A DNA stretch of 62,359 nucleotides from positions 1 to 62,359 of IMG/VR virus record IMGVR_UViG_3300032290_000471. One strand, 5' to 3'. Origin of the DNA: a virus. Taxonomy: Duplodnaviria; Caudoviricetes. How positions within the stretch are numbered: the stretch's first letter is position 1; each line of letters begins with the position of its first letter. A program made the position numbers and the translations under genes. Shown piece after piece: positions 26,525 to 35,640 of this stretch. Under the pieces are notes generated by a model. That model made no database searches. It had not been told where the DNA came from and saw only the letters and a list, made by a program, of their open reading frames with translations.

Positions 26525-28129
26525 ATGGAATATTCTCCCAAAGAATTAGAGTTTGCCTCTCAGGCGCAGAAGCGCTTGGCAGATGGCATAGACAAGATGG
26601 CCCGTGCTGTGAAGAGCACTTTGGGCCCTAACGGTAACACGGTGTTGATTGAGTCTCCTCAGCACACGCATGGCATCACGGTCACCAAGGATGGTGTGAC
26701 GGTGGCCAAGGCTATTGAGCTGTTGGACCCGATTGAGAACTTGGCGGTGAAGATGATGAAGGAGGCGGCAGACAAGACGGCGACGAGTGCGGGTGACGGG
26801 ACGACTACAGCGATTGTGCTGACAGAGGCGTTGGTAAAGAGTGGGATGGCTTTGATAGAGCCGAGCATGAACAGGACGGCGGTGTTGAGGTCGTTGGTGG
26901 AGATGAGTGAGATGGTGGTGGACAATCTCAAGGACAGGGCACGCAAGTTGACGAACAAGATGTTGGTGGACGTAGCGACGATTAGTGCGAACAATGACAA
27001 GTCGATAGGCAAGATAATTGGCGAGGTTTACAAGGATGTGGGGCGTAGTGGTATTGTGACGGTTGAGAAGAGTCAGACGAGTGAGACGTATGCTGAGACG
27101 ACCAAGGGTATGAAATTTGACAGGGGGTATTTGAGCCCGTTGTTCATAAACGACCACAAGAAGGACGAGTGTGTTTTTGAGGATGTGATGGTGTTGGTGG
27201 CTGACACTGAGATAGCGAACATATTGCAGATTGAGATGGTTTTGAAACCAATCATCACTGAGGGCAAGAAGCTGCTGATTATCTCTCCTTGCGGAACGAA
27301 CGTGGTGAACACGTTGGCTGCGAATGTGGTGAAGGGGAACCTGAAGGTGGTGGCTGTCGCTCCGCCCAACTTTGGGTACAAGCAACACGAGCTGATGCAG
27401 GACATTGCGCTTAGCGTGGGTGCCAAGTACTTCAGCGAGAAGACGGGTGACGACTTGAGCTTGATTAACTACGGTGACTTGGGCCATGCGGCCAAGGTCA
27501 TCGTGAGCAGGGATAAGACCATAGTTCTTAAATCCTCGCTGCGTAGTAGTGAGGATAAAATTAATGAGCGCATCAAACAACTTTGGGAGGCCCATGCACA
27601 AGCCACCAAGAAGAACGACAAAGACTTTTTACTTGAACGTATCGCCTCACTCTCAGGTGGCATCGGGGTGATTTATGTTGGTGGCAACACTGACCTTGAG
27701 CAGAAGGAGCTGTACGATAGGGTTGAGGATGCGGTGATGGCGGTAAGGTCGGCTCTTGAGGAAGGGATACTTCCCGGGGCAGGCAAGGCACTCGCCGAGA
27801 TAAGTGCATTATCGCTTAAGCCGAATGACAATCCTGAGACAGTTGTAGCGATGAATATGCTCCACGCTGCATTACAGGCTCCTAGAGCGCAGATATTAGA
27901 AAATGCAGGGTTAGATGCCAAAAACATCTACGATGGCACAGAGAGCCTCGGAGAGGGCTATAATTTGAAAACGGGTTTGAAGGGTGACTTGATTGAGATG
28001 GGAGTGATTGACCCTGTGAAGGTGACGAGGTCGGCTTTGCAGAATGCTGTGAGTGTGGCGGTGACGATACTGAGCACAAATGCAATAATCACAATGGCAC
28101 GTTCATATGAGAGTAGGAGTAGTATATGA
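26525..28129 (+). CDS. groEL: Chaperonin GroEL (Cpn60)
   Basis: TLGPNG, TKDGVTVAK, GDGTTT, GMKFDRGY, DRVEDA, GVIDPVKVTRSALQNA; TAAATTTG box at 26498-26505. Confidence 0.97.
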   Translation: MEYSPKELEFASQAQKRLADGIDKMARAVKSTLGPNGNTVLIESPQHTHGITVTKDGVTVAKAIELLDPIENLAVKMMKEAADKTATSAGDGTTTAIVLTEALVKSGMALIEPSMNRTAVLRSLVEMSEMVVDNLKDRARKLTNKMLVDVATISANNDKSIGKIIGEVYKDVGRSGIVTVEKSQTSETYAETTKGMKFDRGYLSPLFINDHKKDECVFEDVMVLVADTEIANILQIEMVLKPIITEGKKLLIISPCGTNVVNTLAANVVKGNLKVVAVAPPNFGYKQHELMQDIALSVGAKYFSEKTGDDLSLINYGDLGHAAKVIVSRDKTIVLKSSLRSSEDKINERIKQLWEAHAQATKKNDKDFLLERIASLSGGIGVIYVGGNTDLEQKELYDRVEDAVMAVRSALEEGILPGAGKALAEISALSLKPNDNPETVVAMNMLHAALQAPRAQILENAGLDAKNIYDGTESLGEGYNLKTGLKGDLIEMGVIDPVKVTRSALQNAVSVAVTILSTNAIITMARSYESRSSI

Positions 28130-28538
28130 GGTGGTGCCGCACGCTGAGTGCTTGATATGTGGTCACAAGTGGGTGGCCATCATAGAGAGTGACCAAATTG
28201 TGTGGCCCGACGGAAAGGTTGACATCAAGTATGTCGACAGGGTTGAGTGTCCGTCATGTCACAAGATGACGACGGTCAAAAGAGATACTGACAAGATGCT
28301 GAAAAAGATTATTGAGGAGTTTCCTGAAGAGAAGATTATCAGGGTAAACAAATTTGACGAGGCTATAATTGGTATCGACGAGGAGAGTATGCGGTTGGTA
28401 TATTCAATTGCAAAGTGCATTAAGATTCTCATGAAAGAAGGGTTAGATGAGGAGACGGCTTATGGGCATTTGTACTTTGATGTAATTGGCGAGAACTTTG
28501 GAGCGCCATACCCTATATGGGTTACCGACAACCTATGA
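28107..28538 (+). CDS. Zn-ribbon plus conserved phage domain fusion
   Basis: CLIC...CPSC followed by FDEAIIG...VYS...PIW. Confidence 0.6.
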   Translation: MRVGVVYEVVPHAECLICGHKWVAIIESDQIVWPDGKVDIKYVDRVECPSCHKMTTVKRDTDKMLKKIIEEFPEEKIIRVNKFDEAIIGIDEESMRLVYSIAKCIKILMKEGLDEETAYGHLYFDVIGENFGAPYPIWVTDNL

Positions 28539-28922
28539 TTGACTAACAACGGAAATATAGCCGAGATTAAATTTGCTTTGCTTTGTATGGAGCAGGGCAT
28601 AGCCGTCTCAAAGCCTTTGTTTGACATTGCCAAGTATGACATGATAATAGACATCAAAGGTTGTCTGATACGGATTCAGGTAAAGTCTACGCAGTATCTG
28701 AACAAGGCGAATCCTAATCACTACTACAACTGCATCGTGTCTTCGGGCACAAAAGGGAAGGTTAAGTATAGCAAGGAGAGCATTGACTTTATAGCAGCAT
28801 ATGTGATACCTGAGGATGCATGGTATATCATACCGATAGAGGATATAACCGCTCAGTCAATAAAACTATACCCGCACAGGGAAAATTGCAATCACAGATA
28901 CGAAAAATACAGGATACAATGA
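28539..28922 (+). CDS. PD-(D/E)XK endonuclease, group-I-intron-associated type
   Basis: GNIAE...VSKP...YDMIID...IQVKS...IDFIAAY. Confidence 0.8.
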   Translation: MTNNGNIAEIKFALLCMEQGIAVSKPLFDIAKYDMIIDIKGCLIRIQVKSTQYLNKANPNHYYNCIVSSGTKGKVKYSKESIDFIAAYVIPEDAWYIIPIEDITAQSIKLYPHRENCNHRYEKYRIQ

Positions 28923-29176
28923 AAGCGATAGGAAAAAACATCATCATCAAGTCAATAGACGAAGAGGTAAAGACGGCGTCAGGATTGTTGCTGTCGGGCA
29001 AGGATGCCGACCAACTGAGATACAAAAAAGGGGTTGTTGTCAACCCCGGTACCGACGTGTTGGTAATTCACGAAGGCGATGTCATCTACTACGATAAGGC
29101 GCATGGCTTTACGATGATGATAAACGACGAGCAGTATACCATCATTCAAGAGCATCATATCGTCGTTGTCTTGTAG
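28919..29176 (+). CDS. groES: Co-chaperonin GroES (Cpn10)
   Basis: MKAIGKNIII...KTASGLLL mobile loop...GVVVNPG...EGDVIYY; start 28919. Confidence 0.88.
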   Translation: MKAIGKNIIIKSIDEEVKTASGLLLSGKDADQLRYKKGVVVNPGTDVLVIHEGDVIYYDKAHGFTMMINDEQYTIIQEHHIVVVL

Positions 29177-29576
29177 CCTCGTTCATCTTCATGATATAGT
29201 TCTTGTAGAGCATGTCCCTGTGGTTGCCTCCCTTGAGGAACATGGGGTTATTCTCTCCTGTCTCAGGGATTTCTTCTCCTTCCAACCTTTTATACAGGTC
29301 GCCAATTACACGTCTGCACTTGTATGTGATGGTGTATAGTGCTTTCTTTCTACCATTCTTTTCTCTGAACTTTTCAATCCACTTTTCTTTCATTAGGTCG
29401 TAGAACCGCTTTTTGTTCCAAGTGAGCAACTTGTTGAATCTCGTGAAGTCGTCGTGACTGAAGTACTCTTCGGAGTAGAGGAACAGGAGCATGTCTAGGT
29501 CCGCCTGAGAGATATTGTACTTCTTTTTGGTAAATTCACGGATGACTTTCCAATACTTTAGGTAGTCCTTTTTCAT
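29142..29576 (-). CDS. Winged-helix (MarR-like) DNA-binding protein
   Basis: ISQADLDMLLFL...LMKEKWIEK...LYTITYK; lone minus-strand gene in the late arm. Confidence 0.55.
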   Translation of the reverse strand: MKKDYLKYWKVIREFTKKKYNISQADLDMLLFLYSEEYFSHDDFTRFNKLLTWNKKRFYDLMKEKWIEKFREKNGRKKALYTITYKCRRVIGDLYKRLEGEEIPETGENNPMFLKGGNHRDMLYKNYIMKMNEATRQRRYDALE

Positions 29577-29617
29577 TTAATTTAATTTATTATTTTTGTT
29601 TTGTAAAAATACTCAAT

Positions 29618-29920
29618 ATGTCGGATATACTGAAAGACTTAGGTATAAACATTGGCCTAGCTGTGGCAGGGTTTTTTGGTAGTCTTTTGCTTGTAGGTAA
29701 AACATCAGCAGATAATCTAAAGCAAACACTGACCTCAATTATTGCGGGTATTGCTTCAGCTAATTACCTTACACCTATCGTAGCAGATTTACTTAGCATA
29801 AATAAATCAAACTATAAATTTTCGATAGCCTTTATCCTTGGTTTTTTGGGATTAAAAGGGGTAGAATTGATTACTTTTAAAATCTTTAAAAATGGCCACA
29901 GCAATAAACCTAATAGCTAA
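29618..29920 (+). CDS. Holin-like membrane protein
   Basis: Three hydrophobic helices; TATTTTTG box at 29591-29598. Confidence 0.65.
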   Translation: MSDILKDLGINIGLAVAGFFGSLLLVGKTSADNLKQTLTSIIAGIASANYLTPIVADLLSINKSNYKFSIAFILGFLGLKGVELITFKIFKNGHSNKPNS

Positions 29921-30194
29921 TCTTATCATGCTTTTCAGCATGATTATGTTCATCATAGGGGTCTTTGGAAGACACAATGAGATTATAAATAGACTGAACT
30001 TATTGGAGCATTGGATGATAAAAATAGCCTTATGCGCTACTGCCGCAGGTGCATTTTTTGACATATTAACTCTATACACTCCAACTTTCTCAGATATTTT
30101 GCTTAATATTGGTCTCGGATTGCTGTTCCTTTGGGCCGCAATCTTCCATTGGAAATATTTTATAAACAACAAAAAAGATAACAATGAAAAGTAA
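29892..30194 (+). CDS. Three-TM membrane protein (lysis accessory candidate)
   Basis: Hydrophobic helices, overlaps the holin-like gene. Confidence 0.6.
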   Translation: MATAINLIANLIMLFSMIMFIIGVFGRHNEIINRLNLLEHWMIKIALCATAAGAFFDILTLYTPTFSDILLNIGLGLLFLWAAIFHWKYFINNKKDNNEK

Positions 30195-30357
30195 ATCTTC
30201 TCCGAATTTGCCCGCATCATCTCGCATGCAAATGCCTAGTGGTGGTACAAAGACATCTAAAATGGTTAAGGAAACCGCAGGAATGAAAGGCGGTAAAGGC
30301 ACTACTAAGAAAGTAATGACTGCTGCAAAGAAAAAATCAGTAAAACCTAAATACTAA
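30184..30357 (+). CDS. Small Lys-rich protein (57 aa)
   Basis: MKSKSSPN...KKKSVKPKY; not in ORF track. Confidence 0.6.
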   Translation: MKSKSSPNLPASSRMQMPSGGTKTSKMVKETAGMKGGKGTTKKVMTAAKKKSVKPKY

Positions 30358-30361
30358 TAAG

Positions 30362-30535
30362 ATGGGAGTACTGAAAAGAAAAAAGAAAGAAGAAGAAGCT
30401 CCTGTTGAAGTAGAAGTGAAGGTTACCAACCAAACAGTTCCTACTAACTTACCAAATGCTAACAAGGCTAAGCCTGTTGTAAAGCAAATTGGTCATCAGA
30501 GCAGAGATTTTCGCAGACCTTTAAAAGGTATCTGA
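30362..30535 (+). CDS. Small basic protein (57 aa)
   Basis: MGVLKRKKKEEE...RRPLKGI; not in ORF track. Confidence 0.55.
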   Translation: MGVLKRKKKEEEAPVEVEVKVTNQTVPTNLPNANKAKPVVKQIGHQSRDFRRPLKGI

Positions 30536-30536
30536 T

Positions 30537-30827
30537 ATGGCTGACAAGTCAAAAATGAAATGCAACCGTCCTGTCCCTTCTGATAAAGCAGGTAAGAAGA
30601 AGATGGTTAAGGCCTGTAGTGGGGGAGAAGAAAAACTCCTCCACTTCGGAGCTAAAGGTTACGGCAACAACTATAGCGCTGCTGCTCGCAAGAGCTTCAA
30701 GGCTAGACATGGTTGCGACACAGCAAACGACAAACTGACACCAAGATATTGGGCTTGTAAGAACCTATGGGCAGGACCCGGAGGTTCAACAACATCTAAT
30801 CCTAAAGGTAGAAAAGGAAAATACTAA
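30537..30827 (+). CDS. Basic conserved phage protein
   Basis: HFGAKGY...RKSFKARHGC...RYWAC. Confidence 0.75.
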   Translation: MADKSKMKCNRPVPSDKAGKKKMVKACSGGEEKLLHFGAKGYGNNYSAAARKSFKARHGCDTANDKLTPRYWACKNLWAGPGGSTTSNPKGRKGKY

Positions 30828-30831
30828 TACT

Positions 30832-30954
30832 ATGGCAACATCAATGAAGAAAATAGTAAAGAAAGCTGCTAAGTTTGAATCTAAGAAATCATTAGATGGA
30901 CCTATGAAGTTTTTAAAGGGTAACGCAAGTATGCCTGTAAAAAAGAAAAAGTAA
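30832..30954 (+). CDS. Small Lys-rich protein (40 aa)
   Basis: MATSMKKIVKKAAK...PVKKKK; TAATG coupling. Confidence 0.55.
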   Translation: MATSMKKIVKKAAKFESKKSLDGPMKFLKGNASMPVKKKK

Positions 30955-31292
30955 TGCCAAAAGACGCCTGTTATAGAAAAGTAAAAGCACAGTATGACGT
31001 GTTCCCTTCGGCGAGGGCGTCACAGGCTATTGCTAAATGCAGGAAGTCATCAGGTAGTGTCAGGAAAACAGAGGAGGGAACGTCATTAAAAAGGTGGCAG
31101 AACGAGAAGTGGGTAGACACAAGAACAGGTAAGGCATGTGGTGCAGGAGGGAAGAATGAGTATTGCAGGCCGACAAAAAGGGTTTCATCTCAGACGCCCA
31201 AGACAAAGTCTGAGATATCACCATCAAAACTCAAGGCTAAGAAGGCAGAGAAGTCAAGGGTTGGTATGGGCAAAAGAGTATCTAAAGTATAA
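30954..31292 (+). CDS. Basic conserved phage protein (DUF5872-like)
   Basis: DACYRKVK...PSARAS...LKRWQNEKWVD...CRPTKRVS. Confidence 0.7.
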   Translation: MPKDACYRKVKAQYDVFPSARASQAIAKCRKSSGSVRKTEEGTSLKRWQNEKWVDTRTGKACGAGGKNEYCRPTKRVSSQTPKTKSEISPSKLKAKKAEKSRVGMGKRVSKV

Positions 31293-31296
31293 TCAT

Positions 31297-31449
31297 ATGA
31301 GCAAGTTCACTCAGTTGGCTAACAAGTTAGACAAGAAAAAAGGCGTGAGCAAAGAAGGGGCGAATGCTCTTGCTGCTTATATTGGCCGTAAAAAATATGG
31401 CAAGGCCCAATTTACTAAAATGGCCGTTGCAGGTAAAAAGAAAAAATAA
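31297..31449 (+). CDS. Small basic protein (50 aa)
   Basis: ALAAYIGRKKYGK; start 31297. Confidence 0.65.
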   Translation: MSKFTQLANKLDKKKGVSKEGANALAAYIGRKKYGKAQFTKMAVAGKKKK

Positions 31450-31455
31450 AATAAT

Positions 31456-31638
31456 ATGCAACAGAATCAACCAAGCAAAGGACTCGGTGATACCATTGAA
31501 AAAATCACCACTGCCACAGGAATCAAAAAAGTAGTACATGCCGTTAGCAAAGCTACGGGTAAGGACTGCGGATGCAACAAAAGAAAAGATGCTCTGAACA
31601 GGGCATTCCCATATAATAACCAACAAAACAATAAATAA
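31456..31638 (+). CDS. Small basic protein
   Basis: SKGLGDTIEKIT...DCGCNKRKDALN. Confidence 0.7.
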   Translation: MQQNQPSKGLGDTIEKITTATGIKKVVHAVSKATGKDCGCNKRKDALNRAFPYNNQQNNK

Positions 31639-32144
31639 TGGTACAGCAATTAACTTATACAAATGCTATAAAAGTATTCCCTAGCGATTACTGCAATATA
31701 CCTAATCCATCATTGGTAATTGTATCAGATACGATTACATCTGTATCTACCAATCAATTAGTTTGCACTAATGTTGACTTTATAGCATTAGGCGTTCAGG
31801 TAGGAGATATCGTTTACAATACAGCAGCAGGTGGTCTTGTTGATGGAGGAGCTACTATTTTGGCTGTAGTAGATGCAAATACATTGGAGTTAAATAACGA
31901 TGCGTTTTCAACACCTGCCGATACATTTAGTGTATTTGCGGGAGATCAAAATGATGCTAGTAAATCGGGATGCGTTCTTTTGTTTCCAATAGGTACAACT
32001 CCATCGGGTACTATTACAACAAAGGGAGGTCAGGCTATAAGTTTAGGTGCTTTTACTACTCTTGCATTTACCCCATTTGTACTTCCAATACAAGTTATTA
32101 AATATAATTTTGGCGGAGATAGAGAAGCAATTGCACTTTGGTAA
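31638..32144 (+). CDS. Putative virion structural protein
   Basis: Beta-rich, GVQVGDIVYN motif. Confidence 0.55.
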   Translation: MVQQLTYTNAIKVFPSDYCNIPNPSLVIVSDTITSVSTNQLVCTNVDFIALGVQVGDIVYNTAAGGLVDGGATILAVVDANTLELNNDAFSTPADTFSVFAGDQNDASKSGCVLLFPIGTTPSGTITTKGGQAISLGAFTTLAFTPFVLPIQVIKYNFGGDREAIALW

Positions 32145-32145
32145 T

Positions 32146-32610
32146 ATGACAACACAACAGATAATTAAGAAGTACGGAGTACCTAATGAGACGGGTTCGG
32201 GATATTTAGAGAAGATTCAGCTTCCGTACAAGATGAGATTGGCTTGGGATACCGATTCGGAAGTTAGAAGTATGATGTGCCATAGGTTGGTAAAGGATAA
32301 TTTTACAAATGTGTTCAACTCAATTCTTATCCATTATGGATATGATAAGATTAAAGAGTTGGGCATAGACTTGTTTGGAGGATGCTTTAACTATAGGAAG
32401 ATGAGGGGAGGCAATGCATGGTCAACTCACGCTTGGGGTATAGCTATCGATTTGGACCCTGCAAGAAACACCTTGAAGGAGACGGCTAAGACTGCTAGGT
32501 TTGCGAGGCCCGAGTACAAAGAGATGATTGACATATTCTACGAAAACGGCTTTGAGAGTTTGGGCAGAGAGAAGGGGTACGATTGGATGCACTTTAACAT
32601 AAAGGAATAA
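32146..32610 (+). CDS. Endolysin, M15-family peptidase
   Basis: FNYRKMRGG..WSTHAWGIAIDL...YDWMHF; start 32146. Confidence 0.88.
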   Translation: MTTQQIIKKYGVPNETGSGYLEKIQLPYKMRLAWDTDSEVRSMMCHRLVKDNFTNVFNSILIHYGYDKIKELGIDLFGGCFNYRKMRGGNAWSTHAWGIAIDLDPARNTLKETAKTARFARPEYKEMIDIFYENGFESLGREKGYDWMHFNIKE

Positions 32611-33068
32611 TGGAAGAGAAAAAGAAGTTTAAAGACACCAAGGTTGGTAAGTTCCTAAAAGACAAGGCGCCTAAGATATTGGATACTGTAGGCGATGTAC
32701 TCCCTGACAAGGGAGTTTTAGGTATTGTAAAGAACCTGATTTCATCTTCAGAGGAGATGAGTGAAGAGGACAAGCAATTGGCTTTTAGTCAGATGAAAGA
32801 GTTGTATGAATTGGAGGTTCAAGATAGAGATTCTGCAAGAAACAGAGAGATTGAGGTGGCAAAGATTCACAAGTTTGACGGATTATTTTATCTGACGGGG
32901 TTGATTGGTTTAGGTGTATTTTGCTTTATTGTTTATGCGATTGCTTATTTGCAGATACCACAAGAAAACAAGGAAATATGGATACATCTTATTGGAATCT
33001 CAGAAGGCGTTGTGTTATCTATTTTTGGTTATTACTTTGGAAGCTCAATAAAAAGAAACATTCAATAA
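32610..33068 (+). CDS. Holin
   Basis: DRDSARNRE followed by two TM helices and YYFGSS. Confidence 0.7.
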   Translation: MEEKKKFKDTKVGKFLKDKAPKILDTVGDVLPDKGVLGIVKNLISSSEEMSEEDKQLAFSQMKELYELEVQDRDSARNREIEVAKIHKFDGLFYLTGLIGLGVFCFIVYAIAYLQIPQENKEIWIHLIGISEGVVLSIFGYYFGSSIKRNIQ

Positions 33069-33103
33069 AAAACAATAACTTTGCTTAAATAAAATCAACT
33101 AAA

Positions 33104-33343
33104 ATGACAGAACAAGTATTTATCACACAGGACGAACTGTCCGTGATTCAGACAATGAACGCAGATTTCAACAAGGCTAAAATTAACCTTGGAGACATTG
33201 AGATGGAAAAGCACAACATCCTGCGTGCTATTGATGGTTTAAAGGCGGCCTTTGCTGACCATGAAAAGACACTAATTTCTAAATACGGAGCTGATGCTGT
33301 AATCAATTTGCAGACAGGTGAAGTAACCAAAAAACAACAATAA
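33104..33343 (+). CDS. Hypothetical coiled-coil protein
   Basis: KYG...INLQTGE ending; TAACTTTG box at 33076-33083. Confidence 0.65.
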   Translation: MTEQVFITQDELSVIQTMNADFNKAKINLGDIEMEKHNILRAIDGLKAAFADHEKTLISKYGADAVINLQTGEVTKKQQ

Positions 33344-33344
33344 T

Positions 33345-33686
33345 ATGGCACCGGGAAAATTCATCGGCATGCTGTTTCAGTCTAGAGACACCATGCACAT
33401 TCAGCATCTGCAAACAACATCTTTTGCCGAGCACAAAGCATTGAACATGTACTATAATGAGATTCTTGAACTTACAGACAAGTTTACAGAGTCTTATTTT
33501 GGTTTTGCAAAAAGAGTTGAGATTGTTATTCCTGAATCCAAAGTAATGGATTCAATGAATCATATGAAAGAGATGAGGGCTGTTCTTGAAACCGAAAGGA
33601 ATAATTATCCTTCTGAGCTTCAGAATATAATTGACGAGATGCTTGCCTTGGTTGACAAGGTATTGTATTTGCTCACCTTAAATTAA
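33345..33686 (+). CDS. Dps/ferritin-like four-helix protein
   Basis: HIQH...EHKAL..YY...D.F.E pattern. Confidence 0.7.
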   Translation: MAPGKFIGMLFQSRDTMHIQHLQTTSFAEHKALNMYYNEILELTDKFTESYFGFAKRVEIVIPESKVMDSMNHMKEMRAVLETERNNYPSELQNIIDEMLALVDKVLYLLTLN

Positions 33687-33697
33687 AGCCCTACTAA

Positions 33698-35305
33698 TTG
33701 GCCAAAATAAGTACATATGTAATAGACGGTACAATAGTAGATGGAGACAAGGTTATTGGTAGCGATGCCAATAATGACATGGTCACCAAAAACTATACCG
33801 TAGGAGATTTAGTAGCATACTTTGCCGCCTCTATTGGCGGCAATTATCTTGTCCCATATGTCGGCGCTAATAATGATGTAGACTTAGGGGCATTTAATAT
33901 CACTGCTAATAATCTTATTACTACCAATAGCATTTTTGCGGGTGGTACTGAGGGGTTGGCGGGTCAGGTATTAGTTAGTCAAGGCCCGGGACTACCTACG
34001 ATATGGTCATATAATATTGGCACGCAAAATCTTCAAGGTGTTCTTTCTTATGGCAATACTGCCAATAATTCTATAACTTTAAATAGCCCAACCTACTCTA
34101 TTGGTTTGTTACCTGCTACAGGCACAATGTCTATAACAGATACGACTAATAGCAGGGTTGGGTATTTGAATGTAGACAGGGTTCATGTTGAAGGTGCTAC
34201 AGTAACAGCGGACTACTACCAAAATGGTGTTGTTTATACATCAGGCGGCAATACAATATCGGTCCTTTCAAATGTATTTAGTAATCAGATACTAAGATAT
34301 CCATCTTCAGGTGGTGTTTTTGTAATGTCTGTAAATGGTGTTACGGCAGACATAACGGGTGCCGTTACTATTCCTGTAGGACCGGGAACTACACCTACGC
34401 TGCAACAAGTTACTGACCAAGGTAATACTACAACCAATTCGATACAGGTAACTCAGTATTTAAATATAAAAGACCCAACGACAGGATTCGTAGGTACATT
34501 TACAACATTTGGCAATGGCCTTTCAAACACCGTTGATTGGGATTTGCCTGATGGGAATGGTACTCTTGTATTAGCTGTAAATGGAGTTGGGGCAGACAGC
34601 ACAGGTAATGTTACAATACCTACAGGTGGCATATCGGGTAGCGGTACAACAAACTATGTTCCTAAGTGGAGTAGTTCCACATCGCTTGCCGATTCTTTGA
34701 TATTTGACGATGGCACTTCTGTAGGTATAGGTACAGCAACGCCAAATGCTACATATAAACTTGATGTTTCAGGCATAATTCATACTTCATCAGGAATAAA
34801 TCTTTCTACTAGCCCAACTGTAAAGACAGGAATATACTCAGGTTCCAATCAATTTACTTTTTGGGCAGGCAACAATCAGTTATCTACTTATAGGTTAAAT
34901 GGTCAGGCTGCGGGTTCATTCTTTGAGCATACGGCAGGATTTACAAATACAGGCCTTACTACAGGCACACAAAATGTTTGGAGACTAGCGGGTTCAGTTA
35001 CGGCTACAACGGCTGTAAATACAATGAACACTACGCAGTTGCTTATTGACCCTACATATAACCAACAAACTTTTGGTACAGGAACATTAAGAGGTGTTTA
35101 TTACAATCCTACAGTAAGCACTCTTAATTCATCTCAGAATGTTGCTTGGGAGAATACAAGTGGTGATATTATACATGGTAATCTAGCTACAGGTGGTGCA
35201 GATGAAATGGTCACTGTTGATACAAGTGGTAAGCTTAAGAAACAAACTATTCCAACAGGATCATCTGTAGGATTTGAAATGAATTTTTTATTAATGGGAG
35301 CATAA
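33698..35305 (+). CDS. Tail fibre protein 1
   Basis: G/T-rich, SVNG repeats, TLQQVT, VGIGTATP, FLLMGA C-terminus. Confidence 0.75.
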   Translation: MAKISTYVIDGTIVDGDKVIGSDANNDMVTKNYTVGDLVAYFAASIGGNYLVPYVGANNDVDLGAFNITANNLITTNSIFAGGTEGLAGQVLVSQGPGLPTIWSYNIGTQNLQGVLSYGNTANNSITLNSPTYSIGLLPATGTMSITDTTNSRVGYLNVDRVHVEGATVTADYYQNGVVYTSGGNTISVLSNVFSNQILRYPSSGGVFVMSVNGVTADITGAVTIPVGPGTTPTLQQVTDQGNTTTNSIQVTQYLNIKDPTTGFVGTFTTFGNGLSNTVDWDLPDGNGTLVLAVNGVGADSTGNVTIPTGGISGSGTTNYVPKWSSSTSLADSLIFDDGTSVGIGTATPNATYKLDVSGIIHTSSGINLSTSPTVKTGIYSGSNQFTFWAGNNQLSTYRLNGQAAGSFFEHTAGFTNTGLTTGTQNVWRLAGSVTATTAVNTMNTTQLLIDPTYNQQTFGTGTLRGVYYNPTVSTLNSSQNVAWENTSGDIIHGNLATGGADEMVTVDTSGKLKKQTIPTGSSVGFEMNFLLMGA

Positions 35306-35306
35306 T

Positions 35307-35636
35307 ATGGCAAACGTATATAAAATATTAGGACAGAATAGTCCATCAGCAACAACAGAAACAGCATTGTACACTGTTCCTGCTTCTACATCTGCAGTGT
35401 GTAGTTCTATTTCTATATGCAATAGAGGTGGAACACAGACAACATTTAGAGTCTCTATATCACAAGGAGGAGCTGCTACAACAAATAAAGACTACCTTTA
35501 TTATGATGTTACATTAGCAGGTAATGATACATTCATTGCTACAATAGGTATATCTCTTGCAACAACAGATGTAGTAAGGGTATATTCAGGAAACGCTAGT
35601 CTTTCATTTCAATTGTTTGGAACAGAAATAAGTTAA
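35307..35636 (+). CDS. Tail-fibre-associated structural protein
   Basis: YKILGQNSPSATT.T.LYTVP. Confidence 0.65.
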   Translation: MANVYKILGQNSPSATTETALYTVPASTSAVCSSISICNRGGTQTTFRVSISQGGAATTNKDYLYYDVTLAGNDTFIATIGISLATTDVVRVYSGNASLSFQLFGTEIS

Positions 35637-35640
35637 AATT

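Noticed and set aside
26546-27601. 351-aa antisense ORF within groEL
   Set aside because: H/R/L-rich shadow caused by G-ending codon bias of the sense gene
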